64,000 nucleotides of DNA from assembly GCA_030141605.1 (NCBI GenBank), contig JAQGDQ010000037.1, positions 434,001 through 498,000 of the forward strand, in the 5' to 3' direction. Both the position numbers and the translations under genes were made by a program. A model generated the notes under the pieces. It did no database searches and had not been told where the DNA came from. It saw only the letters and a program-made list of their open reading frames with translations. Shown here piece after piece: positions 13,131 through 24,320 of the stretch (its first letter is position 1; each line of letters begins with the position of its first letter). This stretch comes from Tubiluchus corallicola. Taxonomy: Eukaryota > Animalia > Priapulida.

Positions 13131-15029
13131 AAATAATTACACGCGTTTCGAAAAGTAACGACTGCTCTCTTGTTACTGAAACTTTTTTACTAAACCCATG
13201 AATTTATTAAAACTAGAGCTATAATTAATTCTAGAAAAGCAATATAATAGGCGTGCGTGGTACTCATACATCTTTAATGGTCCATTGTCAACCACTGTTC
13301 CGGACTTTCTTTTGCAACAAACAGAACAGCATTATTCTGATTGTAGGTAATGGTCGCACCCGGGGATATAACAGCAGTCATATATTGAGTAAGCGATGTA
13401 GGCTGTTGTCTGCATTGAATACACGATAACAGGTATAGTCACATTAACAATTATATTAGGACATGTTCTCCAACAGGGCGGTACATTATAAGGTGGGTCC
13501 CATCGATATTATTACCGGAGTTGTGTGAAAACGCGTGAGAAATCGCTCCAAGCTACGGCGCAAATACAAGGTCTACACGGGTTGCATTGTATAACCATAA
13601 AACATAAAGGCAACTTAGCGTGTACTTAATTCGATTGCCTTTTATTGAGTGTACGCCAAGAAACTGTTACAGGAGAAAACAAGAAGTCAGCCGACCAATG
13701 AGTTGTTTGTATAGAGTTTATTACGAGCTTGTCCATGATACCAGTTACTCACCTCGTATGAAAATTCGTTTTTTTCAGTGGGCAAAAAAGTAGTTCAAAG
13801 TTTCGTGTGCTCATCAACTAGCTTTTAGAAGTTTCATATAACGTTAATAAAGCGCAACAAATAATTACGCATTATTTGGGATAAATATCTTTCGATGGAT
13901 GACTTTTGGATTTTGGCGATTGGACGTTTTTAGTTTCCGTGACGGATTTTAGTTGGCCCATAATTTTCAGCAAAGAGTCTTTCGAAATGCTAAATTTGAA
14001 CTTGTATTAAGCTGTTAAATCTGTGTATTAAAGAAGTTAATAAACGGCAAGTTTTATGTGATATATAAGCATAGTTATCCAGGCTTTCCAAAATGAATAT
14101 GTATCCCTATAGTCTTATATAGAGCTACATATAAGTGAAGAAATACACAGAATAAAATAAAATACTCTAAGCAACAATACTACATGGTTGCTCTGACTTC
14201 AAGATTGATTTCTGAACACATGCCGCTAAACTTATACTGGGAATATTTTTAAATGATTCGTTTCATAGATGTCCATTTTTTTATTTGCGACCAGAGGTCC
14301 ATTACATTAAACTCCGTAAAGATTATAACTTTCTAGTCATATTATTTCACGGCAAATAGTATTCCAAGTTAACCGTTTATGCTGAATCACAAATATATAA
14401 GGATCACAGAATTTAACCTTATAGATCTAAAGAATGTCCTGCAGATATTATAGACATTTTCTGTACTCCAAACGCTGGTGATTAAGAGGAATTCTCTATG
14501 GGGGATTTACATCAGTATAAGTCTTCTTTAAATCAAATGAAAATTATTTAATTTGTTTTATTTGACATTTTATTTTAATTCAATTTATTTTTTTCTATTC
14601 TGAATACTCCATTAATTTAGAAGCTTAATTCAGGATATTGATTTTAGAGCAGTGAAGTTTTCGATCACACTTGTACAAACTGTGCAGTCACATAGGTGTG
14701 GGTAATGTTGGTCAATGCTTTCTGTGCATGATTCTTAATTTCAAGGCGATAAGAAACCTGTTTGGAACAATAAGCCTTGAGAACTGTATATCTCCGTTGG
14801 CCGCTGTCTTAATAACATACTGTACATCAATGACCAAAGATAAATGCATATACATACTAGTTGACCATAGTGACATTGTAATTAAACAGACTTCATGAAT
14901 TATTCAGCTATATTATTACTCTATTGTCCTAATGAGTCTTCTTAAGGAAATCGCTTGCTATAAAAAGATGAAGTAAGTGATATTTTTTGTGCTGATGTAG
15001 TTTTATATTTTCATATATACATTATAAAT

Positions 15030-15040
15030 CACACACACAC

Positions 15041-15090
<50 letters not shown>
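15030..15090. repeat. Compound (CA)n(TA)n(TG)n microsatellite
   Basis: Read directly from the sequence; 15030-15065 is self-complementary. Confidence 0.97.
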
Positions 15091-15091
<1 letters not shown>

Positions 15092-16821
15092 AGTTTTTAA
15101 GGTCATCTGTCTTAGAAGTGTCCAAGGCGTTTATTTGGCTTCTGCACCAAACGCCTCAGACTCAACGTTACAAGTTGTGTCAAGTCTACTCAGTATTTAC
15201 CGTGAAGCTTTGTACTGGTTTCAGTGGTTTGCACCAAGCATGATTGAAAAATACATTGCTTAAGCAATGATGAATTTCGCCTGCGTCGAGTGATTACTGA
15301 CTGATTCTGATTTAATTAAAAATATGATTAACATTGCTTATTTGCTTGAAATTAGTATTATAAATTTAAGTGAATGCACTTTAAATTGCCACAAAACATG
15401 CGCCTTGCAATTTAGAAGAAAATACAAGTTCTAAACTGCAATTGCTTTAAAGTTTCTAAAGAGCTAGAGTTTATAGTAAATATTATAGAAGCCGGATGAT
15501 ATATGTGAATAACCTAATGTTGTATTGTTATTTAAATAAGTTGAGGTGCAGTAGAAATAGATATACGGTACATATTAAGCCATTTTAACGGAAACAACAG
15601 TGTCAGAGGGATAAAACTAGTTTCTACATTAAGAAAATGTTTATTATTTTAAACAAGCATGTTTTCTGTCATTAAAAATTACTCTATATAGGCCTAAATT
15701 TATGTAAACACTTTCTTACTTCGACTGGAGATCGCTGGAGACGGCAGCAGAAACACTGGAAGTTTTTTCAATGTAACATGTTATACTTTGTGTTATGTAA
15801 TGTTATAGATTTATATTGTTGTGTTATGTTATGTTATGTTTTGTTATATTATATTATATTCTTATCTTATGTTACAGTTTTATATTGTAATATTTTAATA
15901 AAGTTGTCTTTCTAAAGAATTGCTGCAATTTTCTATTGTATTGTATTGCTTTCTGCTGGCTAATTATAGTTAATTTTGCTGTTTCAGCAAGCTCACTGGC
16001 TAATCTGACATTTTTATGGCAGGCCTGTTTTGCGTTTTCAATTTCGTAACAATAAAATTAATGCGTTTCTTCACAATAAATAGACAGTGATCCAGTGCAT
16101 GTAACAGTAGGATACCGAACAAGTTTACCACGCTTGTCAGACTTTTATTGGAAATTAAAGCGGGTAGCATTGCTTAGTGGTGAGTCATATAGGTTTTGTT
16201 TGATCTTATATTATAGCATTTTCGTTTGCCGTGTTTTGTTTAATTCATTTCTATGGTGAACAAGCTCGGAATGGAAGGTCTGCTGCTTCTTTTTTTCAAA
16301 AACGGGTCTCTAAATAGAGACTCATTTTTATATATGTATAATAGGTTAGTTACAGCACAATAAGGAAATTTCGTCATTAATTATCAGTCCTAATAAAAAT
16401 TTTGTTGCTTAGATGTCTGCATGGCGCACCTGTCTGCACATCATGATGCAAGGCATATAATTTTTCACTTATAAAAAAGATCACGTGAAACTGATAAAAT
16501 TATTGTGGACCAGTTGTGAAAGTTGCACAGGTTATAAGAAATGGAAAATGCTGGATAAATTATTAAAATGGTTGAGAGCACGTAAAATACATTATTTTTT
16601 GTAACTGAAATATATAACTGGGAAGGATATTACGTGTATACGATGAGTTGTGTACATGAACAAAAGTTAGATATAATTCCATTCGAGGTGGAAATTTACT
16701 CCACATTGCTCCTCTACACGCTGCATAGGTATACACAGCATGTATTTTTATTAAGACGCGTAAATTAATACCATTTACTGTGTTCAAACATCTAAACGTC
16801 TACAACTACAAAACAAAATTC

Positions 16822-17433
16822 TTACAGAAAGACTGGATGACTTTTCACATACCACCCCATTTTCGAGTTCGATAAAAAGCATACATTTTAACACAATAAA
16901 TACTGCAAAAGCGGTTCAGTTAATTAAATAAAAGATTAAAAACTTAATTAACAGCGGGCGAGCCCAACTATTGGTGACAAACTAACATAACTTTTAACAG
17001 CAAAATGTACAGCGAGCGTGTTGCACGTATTTGCGAAAGCGAAAATTGAAGTACAGTGCTACTGTAAGATATTCAGCGTGTTGTACTAAAACTAGGCAAG
17101 TTTTAAGATAAAAATTCAAATTTAGAGCTGTGCTCACGCATGAACTGTTGAACGTGTGTAGTTCGTCACAATCTAACACATCTAAACTGAGAGGTACCGC
17201 ACCTGTTTTTTGTGCAATGCGTTTCCGAAATGCAGGCGCTAGTGCCCGTCTAACTAGTTAATGGCTAAATGCACGTAACACCGAAGAACTAGTGGCGCAA
17301 ACGTGAAACTGTGTTTGTGTGGTAATAATTCTTTCACGTAAGTCATTTTTGAAAAAATACTGTTTCATTTTAATATTTTAAAGAGTAGTTTGCTTTGACC
17401 TGCAGCTTAATTTTGGGTCCGGTTTTGCTTTAA
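16822..17433 (+). mobile_element. Kolobok-type MITE, copy 2, subfamily B
   Basis: Ends TTAC|AGAAAGACTGGATG ... CCGGTTTTGCT|TTAA. Highly similar along its length to 23168-23789. Confidence 0.85.
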
Positions 17434-18554
17434 TTTAGCTCAATCAACATAAGTGAACCACGTTGTCATCTGAACTTCGTCAACCACAAAATACAGTTCT
17501 TAAATTTGTTCAGTCAGTTAAATTGAATCATATTTTTTGGCTTTATGCACTTTACTGTATATAAACTGCCCTCCTCCCCCAACATCATGCAAAGTGGGTT
17601 TGTCCAGTTTGGATAATTGTCTGATTTTCTTCTTTGCCACGCTGGCTTTGCATTGATACAAACTTGCCATGTGTTTACAGTCTAGGGCTCTGGACGCAAT
17701 TCTATCTGCGTTTTTTTTCTATCTGTTGTGCTATAGAGTTGATTTGTACCGATTTTTAATTGTATTCAGATAACATTAAAAGTTGCGTACTTGTAAAATC
17801 TATTTTTTATTTGTTTGTACATAAAAATTGACACTCCAACAAATAAGCTTAAATAAATTAAAACACGAATAGGTTTTTCACAGACAAGTTTATTTTGTTC
17901 AAAAACGAACATAAATAAAACAAAATCAAAAGAAAACAAAAATTTAATAGCTGAAGTTTCTGAGAAGTTCAGAAACTGCGTCAGGACGAAGATCACAATA
18001 TAATGTACTGTCTTTTACATTACTAGATTTTCTTATTTTAAAACAATACTAAATTATAATAGTGATGGGAATGAGTGATGTTCAGTATTTATGACTATTA
18101 AATGTTCCTAACAATGGAAATGCAAAACGTGCCTTTTCATTTCTACAATTGTCATGCAGTTTAAATAGCCGCAAATATGATGTCTCTTCCAGTGTTTAGT
18201 TGCATGTGTTAAAATCAGCAAAAGGCACGTCTGCAAGACAGCAGCCGTAATGATAATGGTAATACAGGCTTCATGGGAGGCATTTCATTTTAATTTTTGC
18301 AAATTTGTAGTTTTATAAAAAGAAACGATTTCACAGAAAATCCATTGAGTAGACAGAATTTTCAATGGCTATATTACTACAAATTTGGATTTTTTTACAA
18401 TGTGCAAAAATGACTTTAGAAGTCACAATATTTATTATGCATAAAATATTCAACTTTAATAAAGGCGCATAATTATAATAAAAAACACTGCAAATATGCG
18501 CGGCATGTAAATTGTCTATAATATAATTTGGGGTGCTTTGTGGAGACACCCCTC

Positions 18555-18710
18555 GTCAGGTGACAAGCGCAAGCGCAAACAGAAACTTTTTCAACTCCAT
18601 TAAACGACGCAATTATGAACATCTTTCATTAAGCCAGCTGAATAAGAAAGTTTCTCTTTGCGTTTGCCCCTGAGTGAGCTGCTGTAAATAATGCTTTACA
18701 TACAGGGATT
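18555..18710. promoter_or_regulatory. Candidate conserved enhancer downstream of SoxB2
   Basis: Unique motif-dense block ~3.1 kb 3' of the stop codon. E-boxes CAGGTG 18557-18562 and CAGCTG 18635-18640, several ATTA/TAAT cores, and a Fox-type TGTAAATA 18683-18690 inside the dyad TGTAAA-n6-TTTACA 18683-18700. Confidence 0.5.
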
Positions 18711-19214
18711 TGACTATCAACATAAAGCTATAATACTACCCATCTCAACGCTAATCCCACAGAATCTCTCTTTACACAATTTTCACCAAATATTTGCGCC
18801 AGCTATTAACAATTTCCATACATTTATATAGCCCACGCAGGCTAACAAAAAGGCAGATATAAGAATGATAACACAGAGCAGATAACAACAGAAATATTGT
18901 AGTCTGGATCATCATCTGACACACCTGTGATTCGTAATGCTGTATGCTCAAATATGGGCAGATTACAGGTAAACGGCGGGCGATTTAGTCGGAATGTTAG
19001 TAATTTCCGAGGTGCTTTTAAAAAATAGCTCTTCCCACGCGCATAATTACAGCAATTGCAGTTGCTTAAAAGCTGTAGAGACGTACTACTGCAGTAAACG
19101 ATTTTAGTAATAATGAGTGCTGGTAAATAAACATTGTTGACAAAAAGGGCGCGCAGAATCGACGGCCACTTTTCGGATTACAAACCCGGTAACGTGTGAT
19201 TCACGTGATTAATG

Positions 19215-21797
19215 ATAAAATTACAGCAAATCAGTTTATTTTAATGAAGGCAAAGTGTCGCATCAATAAACACATTTAATAACGGTAGCAATAGCTTGAA
19301 TAAACACAAAATCACCCACGTTTTAGCCCAGATTTGTTTTCTGTAAAAGCAGCATTCCGCACTGAACACGAATCTGATAAATTGTAATTGTGAAATTATA
19401 TTTTTATGACTTTAATAATTTATAATTCTTTGGATATGCTCTTCAAAGCGTGTAAATTTAAAGCCTTGAAAGGTTTCTGAATCATAGGTGTGTCAAATAC
19501 ATGAAAAGAGAGGTGAAACAGATGATTAGTAAGCCCCTAACAAACCAAGTGTTCTGTAACCCATCACCTGCATTCACTGCCTCTGACATGCACACTTATC
19601 TACATATAAATTAATATTCGCAATTCATATTATGTTTCGTCAGTTAGCATGCCAGAGCAGTTTCGTTTGTGTTCCAGAAAGGCACTTGTAACTACATGTT
19701 ATTAAAAGAAGCCCCAACCCTGTTCACACATGCTGAAAGAAGGTACGCTAATGAAATAAAGTTGAATTAACAACAAAATGAATAAACAAAAATCTTGAGC
19801 GAAAAAATAAGCTCACGTCAAAAATAAAAATATACACACGCATACAAAATAAAAAATACACATGATGCTCATTTCTCGAGAAGTTTTTAACCAGGCAACC
19901 GAGAAAAATATTATATTTTTCAACGACTAAGTCAACTGAAGCATTTAAGTTGCTTATGAATATAACATTTCGACGTAAGGCAGAATCTAGCAGCAGAGTC
20001 TGACAAAATGATGTTGATTGTTTGTGGCGGGATTGGAACTCAGTTCATTACTATGATAATCCCCCAGAAATAAGTACTAAAGTAGCAGCGATGTTTCAGC
20101 CACGTTTTGAACGTGTATACATCTTCCCAAGCGAGAGTAAATATCTGGATGCAAAAGCAGGAAAACCACTTAGTAGTTTTTCGTCAGTCACCCATCCTTG
20201 TTACTAACAAGGCCTGGCACCAATTAATTTCGTATCCAAATCGTTGGCCATTTGGCTGTTTAATATTAATGAAGACACATTTAAGTGTAACATGTTGGTG
20301 CCGAAAAACAAGTGGAAATAAAGCATCATGTGTATTTAATAGGCCTAGAATGAAAAATGGTCATCGTTAATAGGGAAACATAAAAGATGTGAAACATTAA
20401 AGATGCTCCAGTATTTGGGCGAGTATAATTAAACGGCTTATTTGAAAAGAAATATAACAATACTTTACAGTTTTGAATTGTTTGCTTAATGTTTTCGCGT
20501 TATAAATTTATATAGGCAAAGTTTGATTGCTTTCAAAATACATTTGTAAAATTTGTACTTTAACTGCCATGCCTTCTGGCTAAAACATTCTACTGGCTAA
20601 AATAACTGACTAGGCAGATTTAAATCAATACGATCGTGTAGATTCTCAACGAATCGCTGTCAATGCATGAGATTAATAATGAAAGAAAACATGAATAGCC
20701 AAAAATAATATCACAAGTACTTTTCCGCTACAGAAATGTGAACTGGGCAATAAGGACCTTCAGAATTTCTCATATAATAACACGCGCTGTACATATATTC
20801 TATAGAAAGACAATGAGTGGAACATACACAAGAATTATACCGACTATTCATACTTGTCCAAGCAAGAAACCTAGAAACGCATGCATTGGAATCAAAACAT
20901 AATACTTATGCTGATGTCTCCTTGTTCTGCTCGACCCATTGAAAAGTTGAACTCGTCGTGTAGTCTCTTTGTATTTGTAGACAGGAGCGAAGAGCGTAGT
21001 CTTTGTTGAAATATTCTTCTGCATTCAGTTAATTCATACAAAACGTTCTGCATGCAGACATGGTTTACCAAAAAGAATATTTCGCTTCCATGGCGGAAAT
21101 TAATTTCGATATTTCAGTGGAGGCTGTGGCTAATCTGGTTTTATGTTTGACTCTCCTTGACCTACTGTGCCTTTCTCTTCAGTCATACACGTGGATTTCC
21201 ATCCGCTATTGACATGTAGTTGTACAAATGGTGCCTAGTTGTGATCCAACCGGTTTGGAGGATAATGCTGGCGACGCCTCTTTCCATTTAGCATTGAAGC
21301 GAATGAAGAGATGCTTTCAGACTCGGTACACATCTTCAAACTTCAAAGGGTATTGTAATTGTTTGCTTGTAGAAAAACGATCCGTAAAATAATTGCGCCG
21401 AACTGCCCAACACGCATCTCACTTTGGCTTATTGTGTGTCCAAACCAGTTTCGAGAACACTTGGTAAAGTGAATAATATTTTTGGCTGAAGTCTTCTTGT
21501 GCGAAAAACGTATTTTGGAGGGTCTTTGGTCTATGATCTAATGTATATAGCTTTTGCATATTTACAGTCAGGTTGAACACAAATGTTATATATCAACAAC
21601 ATCAATGTAGGCCTATAATACGCTCGACGAACAGTCGAATAGTTCAGTCTGCATTTTCATAACATTATGATAACAATGACCAGTTTGTAGACTATGAAAC
21701 AAACACAAACAAACGAACACTCATGTTTCACTCGGATCTAATCATTATGTACAGTTCTTAAGCTGTGCAGGTATCTACAAAGTTAATTTACTATCGT
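19215..21797 (-). other. Putative long (~2.6 kb) 3' UTR of SoxB2
   Basis: Unique, repeat-free sequence downstream of the stop. U-rich tracts on the mRNA strand at ~19800-19862. Overlapping ATTAAA/AATAAA on the minus strand (plus TTTATT 19235-19240). Weaker ATTAAA alternatives lie near 20260 and 20337. Confidence 0.4.
21559..21779 (-). promoter_or_regulatory. Cluster of three Pumilio-response elements (UGUANAUA) in the proximal 3' UTR
   Basis: mRNA-strand UGUAGAUA (21772-21779), UGUACAUA (21746-21753) and UGUAAAUA (21559-21566), all within 240 nt of the stop codon. Confidence 0.55.
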
Positions 21798-22598
21798 TCA
21801 CACTAAATGCGATGCACTGACCGGTGTACTACTCGGTGGGTGATGCGGGTAATGTCCATGCTCTTCTGGCTTCACGACTATATAAGCTACCGGACGCCTG
21901 ATTTCCGAGCCCGGTGCTGTGAGATAACTAGGCGGACATCCGGCACAGGGCATCATAAACTGTCCTGGCATATGTGCGTGTGGGGGACACGATCCTGTTG
22001 CTCCGAAAGCTGGTGAAGGATAGAGAGAAGGGTATAAGCTCGGTGGAATGTCTCCAGGTCGTAAAGATGGCATCTCTCCTAGCTTGCTAAATGCTTCTGG
22101 AGTGAGGTGCGGATATCCGTACAGCGCCGAGCTAGCCAGGGCTGCACGAGCTTTTTCCGTACTGAGAGTATCTACAGCGTTAGACAGCATTGACATACTA
22201 CACGCACTAGTAGATGGAATCGACGGAAAGCGCGGCAAAGCTGCCATCGGATCTCCAAATTGTAAAGAAGGAATAGAAGGAATACCTGGGTATCTCGTAA
22301 TAGTGAGTGGTTTTTTTGGTTTTCTACGAGGTCTGTACTTGTAGTCCGGGTGATCTTTCATATGTAAAGCTCGCAGTCTCTTTGCTTCATCAATAAATGG
22401 TCGCTTTTCTGCTTCTGTCAGCAACTTCCAGTCGGCACCCAAACGTTTGCTAATTTCCGAATTGTGCATCTTTGGATTTTCTTGGGCCATTTTTCGTCGC
22501 TGTCCTCTTGACCAAACCATAAACGCGTTCATCGGTCGTTTTATGTGCTCGCTTTGCTTAGCGGCCGAAATCGGTGGCCCTGTTGAACTCGTCATCAT
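21798..22598 (-). CDS. SoxB2: SoxB2-group HMG-box transcription factor (Sox14/Sox21/Sox21a-like), single exon, 266 aa
   Basis: Complete SOX HMG box [77 protein letters not shown]2-type residues: H before IKRPMN and P in RRKPK. C-terminal Sox14/21-like motifs EKARA, FMMPC..C and RPVAYI. The track start at 22601 is a GTG; the first ATG is at 22598, with an in-frame TAA at 22605-22607 just upstream. Stop TGA at 21798-21800. Confidence 0.96.
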   Translation of the reverse strand: MMTSSTGPPISAAKQSEHIKRPMNAFMVWSRGQRRKMAQENPKMHNSEISKRLGADWKLLTEAEKRPFIDEAKRLRALHMKDHPDYKYRPRRKPKKPLTITRYPGIPSIPSLQFGDPMAALPRFPSIPSTSACSMSMLSNAVDTLSTEKARAALASSALYGYPHLTPEAFSKLGEMPSLRPGDIPPSLYPSLYPSPAFGATGSCPPHAHMPGQFMMPCAGCPPSYLTAPGSEIRRPVAYIVVKPEEHGHYPHHPPSSTPVSASHLV

Positions 22599-22699
22599 CA
22601 CTGGTTAGCTAAACTTTCACTCAAAATGCTATAATATTCGGCGTGACAAGTCAGAAAGTTCTTTCACTCTACCAACTCTCATGAAACGTGCTCACCGTT

Positions 22700-22945
22700 A
22701 GCTTTTCAAGCACTGAGTGTCGCTGACTGTTCTAGCGGCAAAGTTCAAAGTTGTTCTACCCTCACACAACGTGGGGCTAGTCTGACAGACAGCAATTAGA
22801 AAAGCAACCAATCGCAACACAGCTGTACTCTCCAGCGCGGTTGGCTATTCGTCGGGCATTCATGTAGCTCTAGCAAATTACGAGACGTTGATCGCGCACG
22901 TCACTTATGGGCGGAGCTAAATCAGCGCGTGCAGCGCTGATCATC
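22700..22945 (-). promoter_or_regulatory. Probable proximal promoter of SoxB2
   Basis: Locally GC/CpG-enriched block 100-350 bp upstream of the ATG. Contains CCAAT 22808-22812, CACGTCAC (CRE-like) 22897-22904, GC box GGGCGGAG 22909-22916, an Inr-like TCAGTG on the minus strand at 22711-22716, and an 8-bp inverted repeat ATCAGCGC-n5-GCGCTGAT at 22921-22941. The TSS cannot be fixed from sequence. Confidence 0.6.
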
Positions 22946-23167
22946 TCTTCTTGCTAAGCTCTCTTTTACTTGTTTGACACATTTGCCTTTACGAGTTGAA
23001 TAGAAACTGAGTAAATTACGAAAAAGTGTAGTAAATCCACACGTGCGAATGAAAAATTAATGTTATCATTATATAACTAAAACAAAATAAACGCAAAGAC
23101 GAAGAAAGTCTATAAGGATAGATCGAATGCCTTTAAAAAGAAATACGCGTTTATACTTAAATTTTGT

Positions 23168-23789
23168 TTAAAGGAAGACAAGACGACTTTTCATATACTA
23201 CCCTATTTTCAAGTCCGATAAAAAGTACACATTTTAAAACAATTAATACTGCAAAAGCGTTTCCGATATTTAAATAATAGATTTAAAACTTATTTAACGG
23301 CAGGCGAGCCCAACTATTGATGACACCACAAACTAACATAATTTTGAACAAAAATATTCCATGAGCGTGTTACACGTGTTTGCGAAAGTGAAAATTGAAG
23401 TACAGTGCTACTGTAAGATATTCAGTGTGTTGTACAAAACTAGGAAAGTTTTAAGATAAAAATTCACATTTCAAATTTACCGCTGTGCTCACGCATGAGT
23501 TGTCGAACATGTGTAGTTCGTCACAAGCTAACACGTCTGAACTGAGAGGTACAGCACCTGTTTTTGTGTAACACGTTTCCGAAATGCAGGTGCCTGTTTA
23601 ACTCTAGCGAATGGCGAAATGCATGTACCAGTGAAGAACTAGTGGTGCGAACATGAAATTGTATTTGTGTGGTAATAATTCTTTCACGTAAATCATTTTT
23701 TGAAAAAAATAGTATGTTTCCTTTCAATATTTTAAAGGGTAGATTGTAGTTTGACCTACAGTTTAACATTGGGGCCGGTTTTAATTTAA
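23168..23789 (+). mobile_element. Kolobok-type MITE, copy 3, subfamily B (570 bp upstream of the SoxB2 ATG)
   Basis: Ends TTAA|AGGAAGACAAGACG ... CCGGTTTTAAT|TTAA, with TTAA on both sides. Confidence 0.85.
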
Positions 23790-24135
23790 CTGCCAGTAAG
23801 GCATACATTTTAGAAATTAACAACTACAAACGTACACCCGAAAATTGTTTGTTGGCTGGTTGTTTGTTCGATTAATCAGTCAGTCTGTCAATCGGTTCCT
23901 TGGTCAGCTGACCAGTTGGTCAATTTATTTGGTTCCTCGGATAGGCATACACATATACTCATTATTAGTGCTAATCAGTAGTAAAGTTAATAGTTAATTT
24001 TATTAAACTTTTATCGGTAGAAAGCTAAATATAAATATTTGTAAGTGTCCTTTTTCTTACATTAGCACTAAATAAAAAAATTCATATTTATATTTACATA
24101 TATTACGTATATAATACATATATACATATATATGT

Positions 24136-24320
24136 ATATGTTATGTTATGTTATGTTATGTTATGTCATGTCATGTCATGTCATGTCATGTCATGTCATG
24201 TCATGTCATGTCATGTCATGTCATGTCATGTCATGTCATGTCATGTCATGTCATGTCATGTCATGTCATGTCTCATATCATATCATATCATATCACATTA
24301 TATTACATTACATTACATTA
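24136..24320. repeat. Compound pentanucleotide microsatellite (TTATG)5(TCATG)21 then TCATA/TTACA units
   Basis: TTATG 24141-24165 and TCATG 24166-24270. Confidence 0.97.

Noticed and set aside
21807-22344. Two plus-strand ORFs (69 and 98 aa) overlapping SoxB2
   Set aside because: Antisense shadows of a GC-richer coding region with no recognisable domain.
22599-22601. ORF-track start of the Sox gene (267 aa, MMM...)
   Set aside because: The first codon is GTG, a prokaryotic-style alternative start; the first ATG is at 22598.
23521-23823. 100-aa ORF (and the ORFs at 54454-54810 and 16994-17179) as a transposase
   Set aside because: They lie in or across MITE copies whose frames are not conserved between copies, and show no DDE or DNA-binding motifs.
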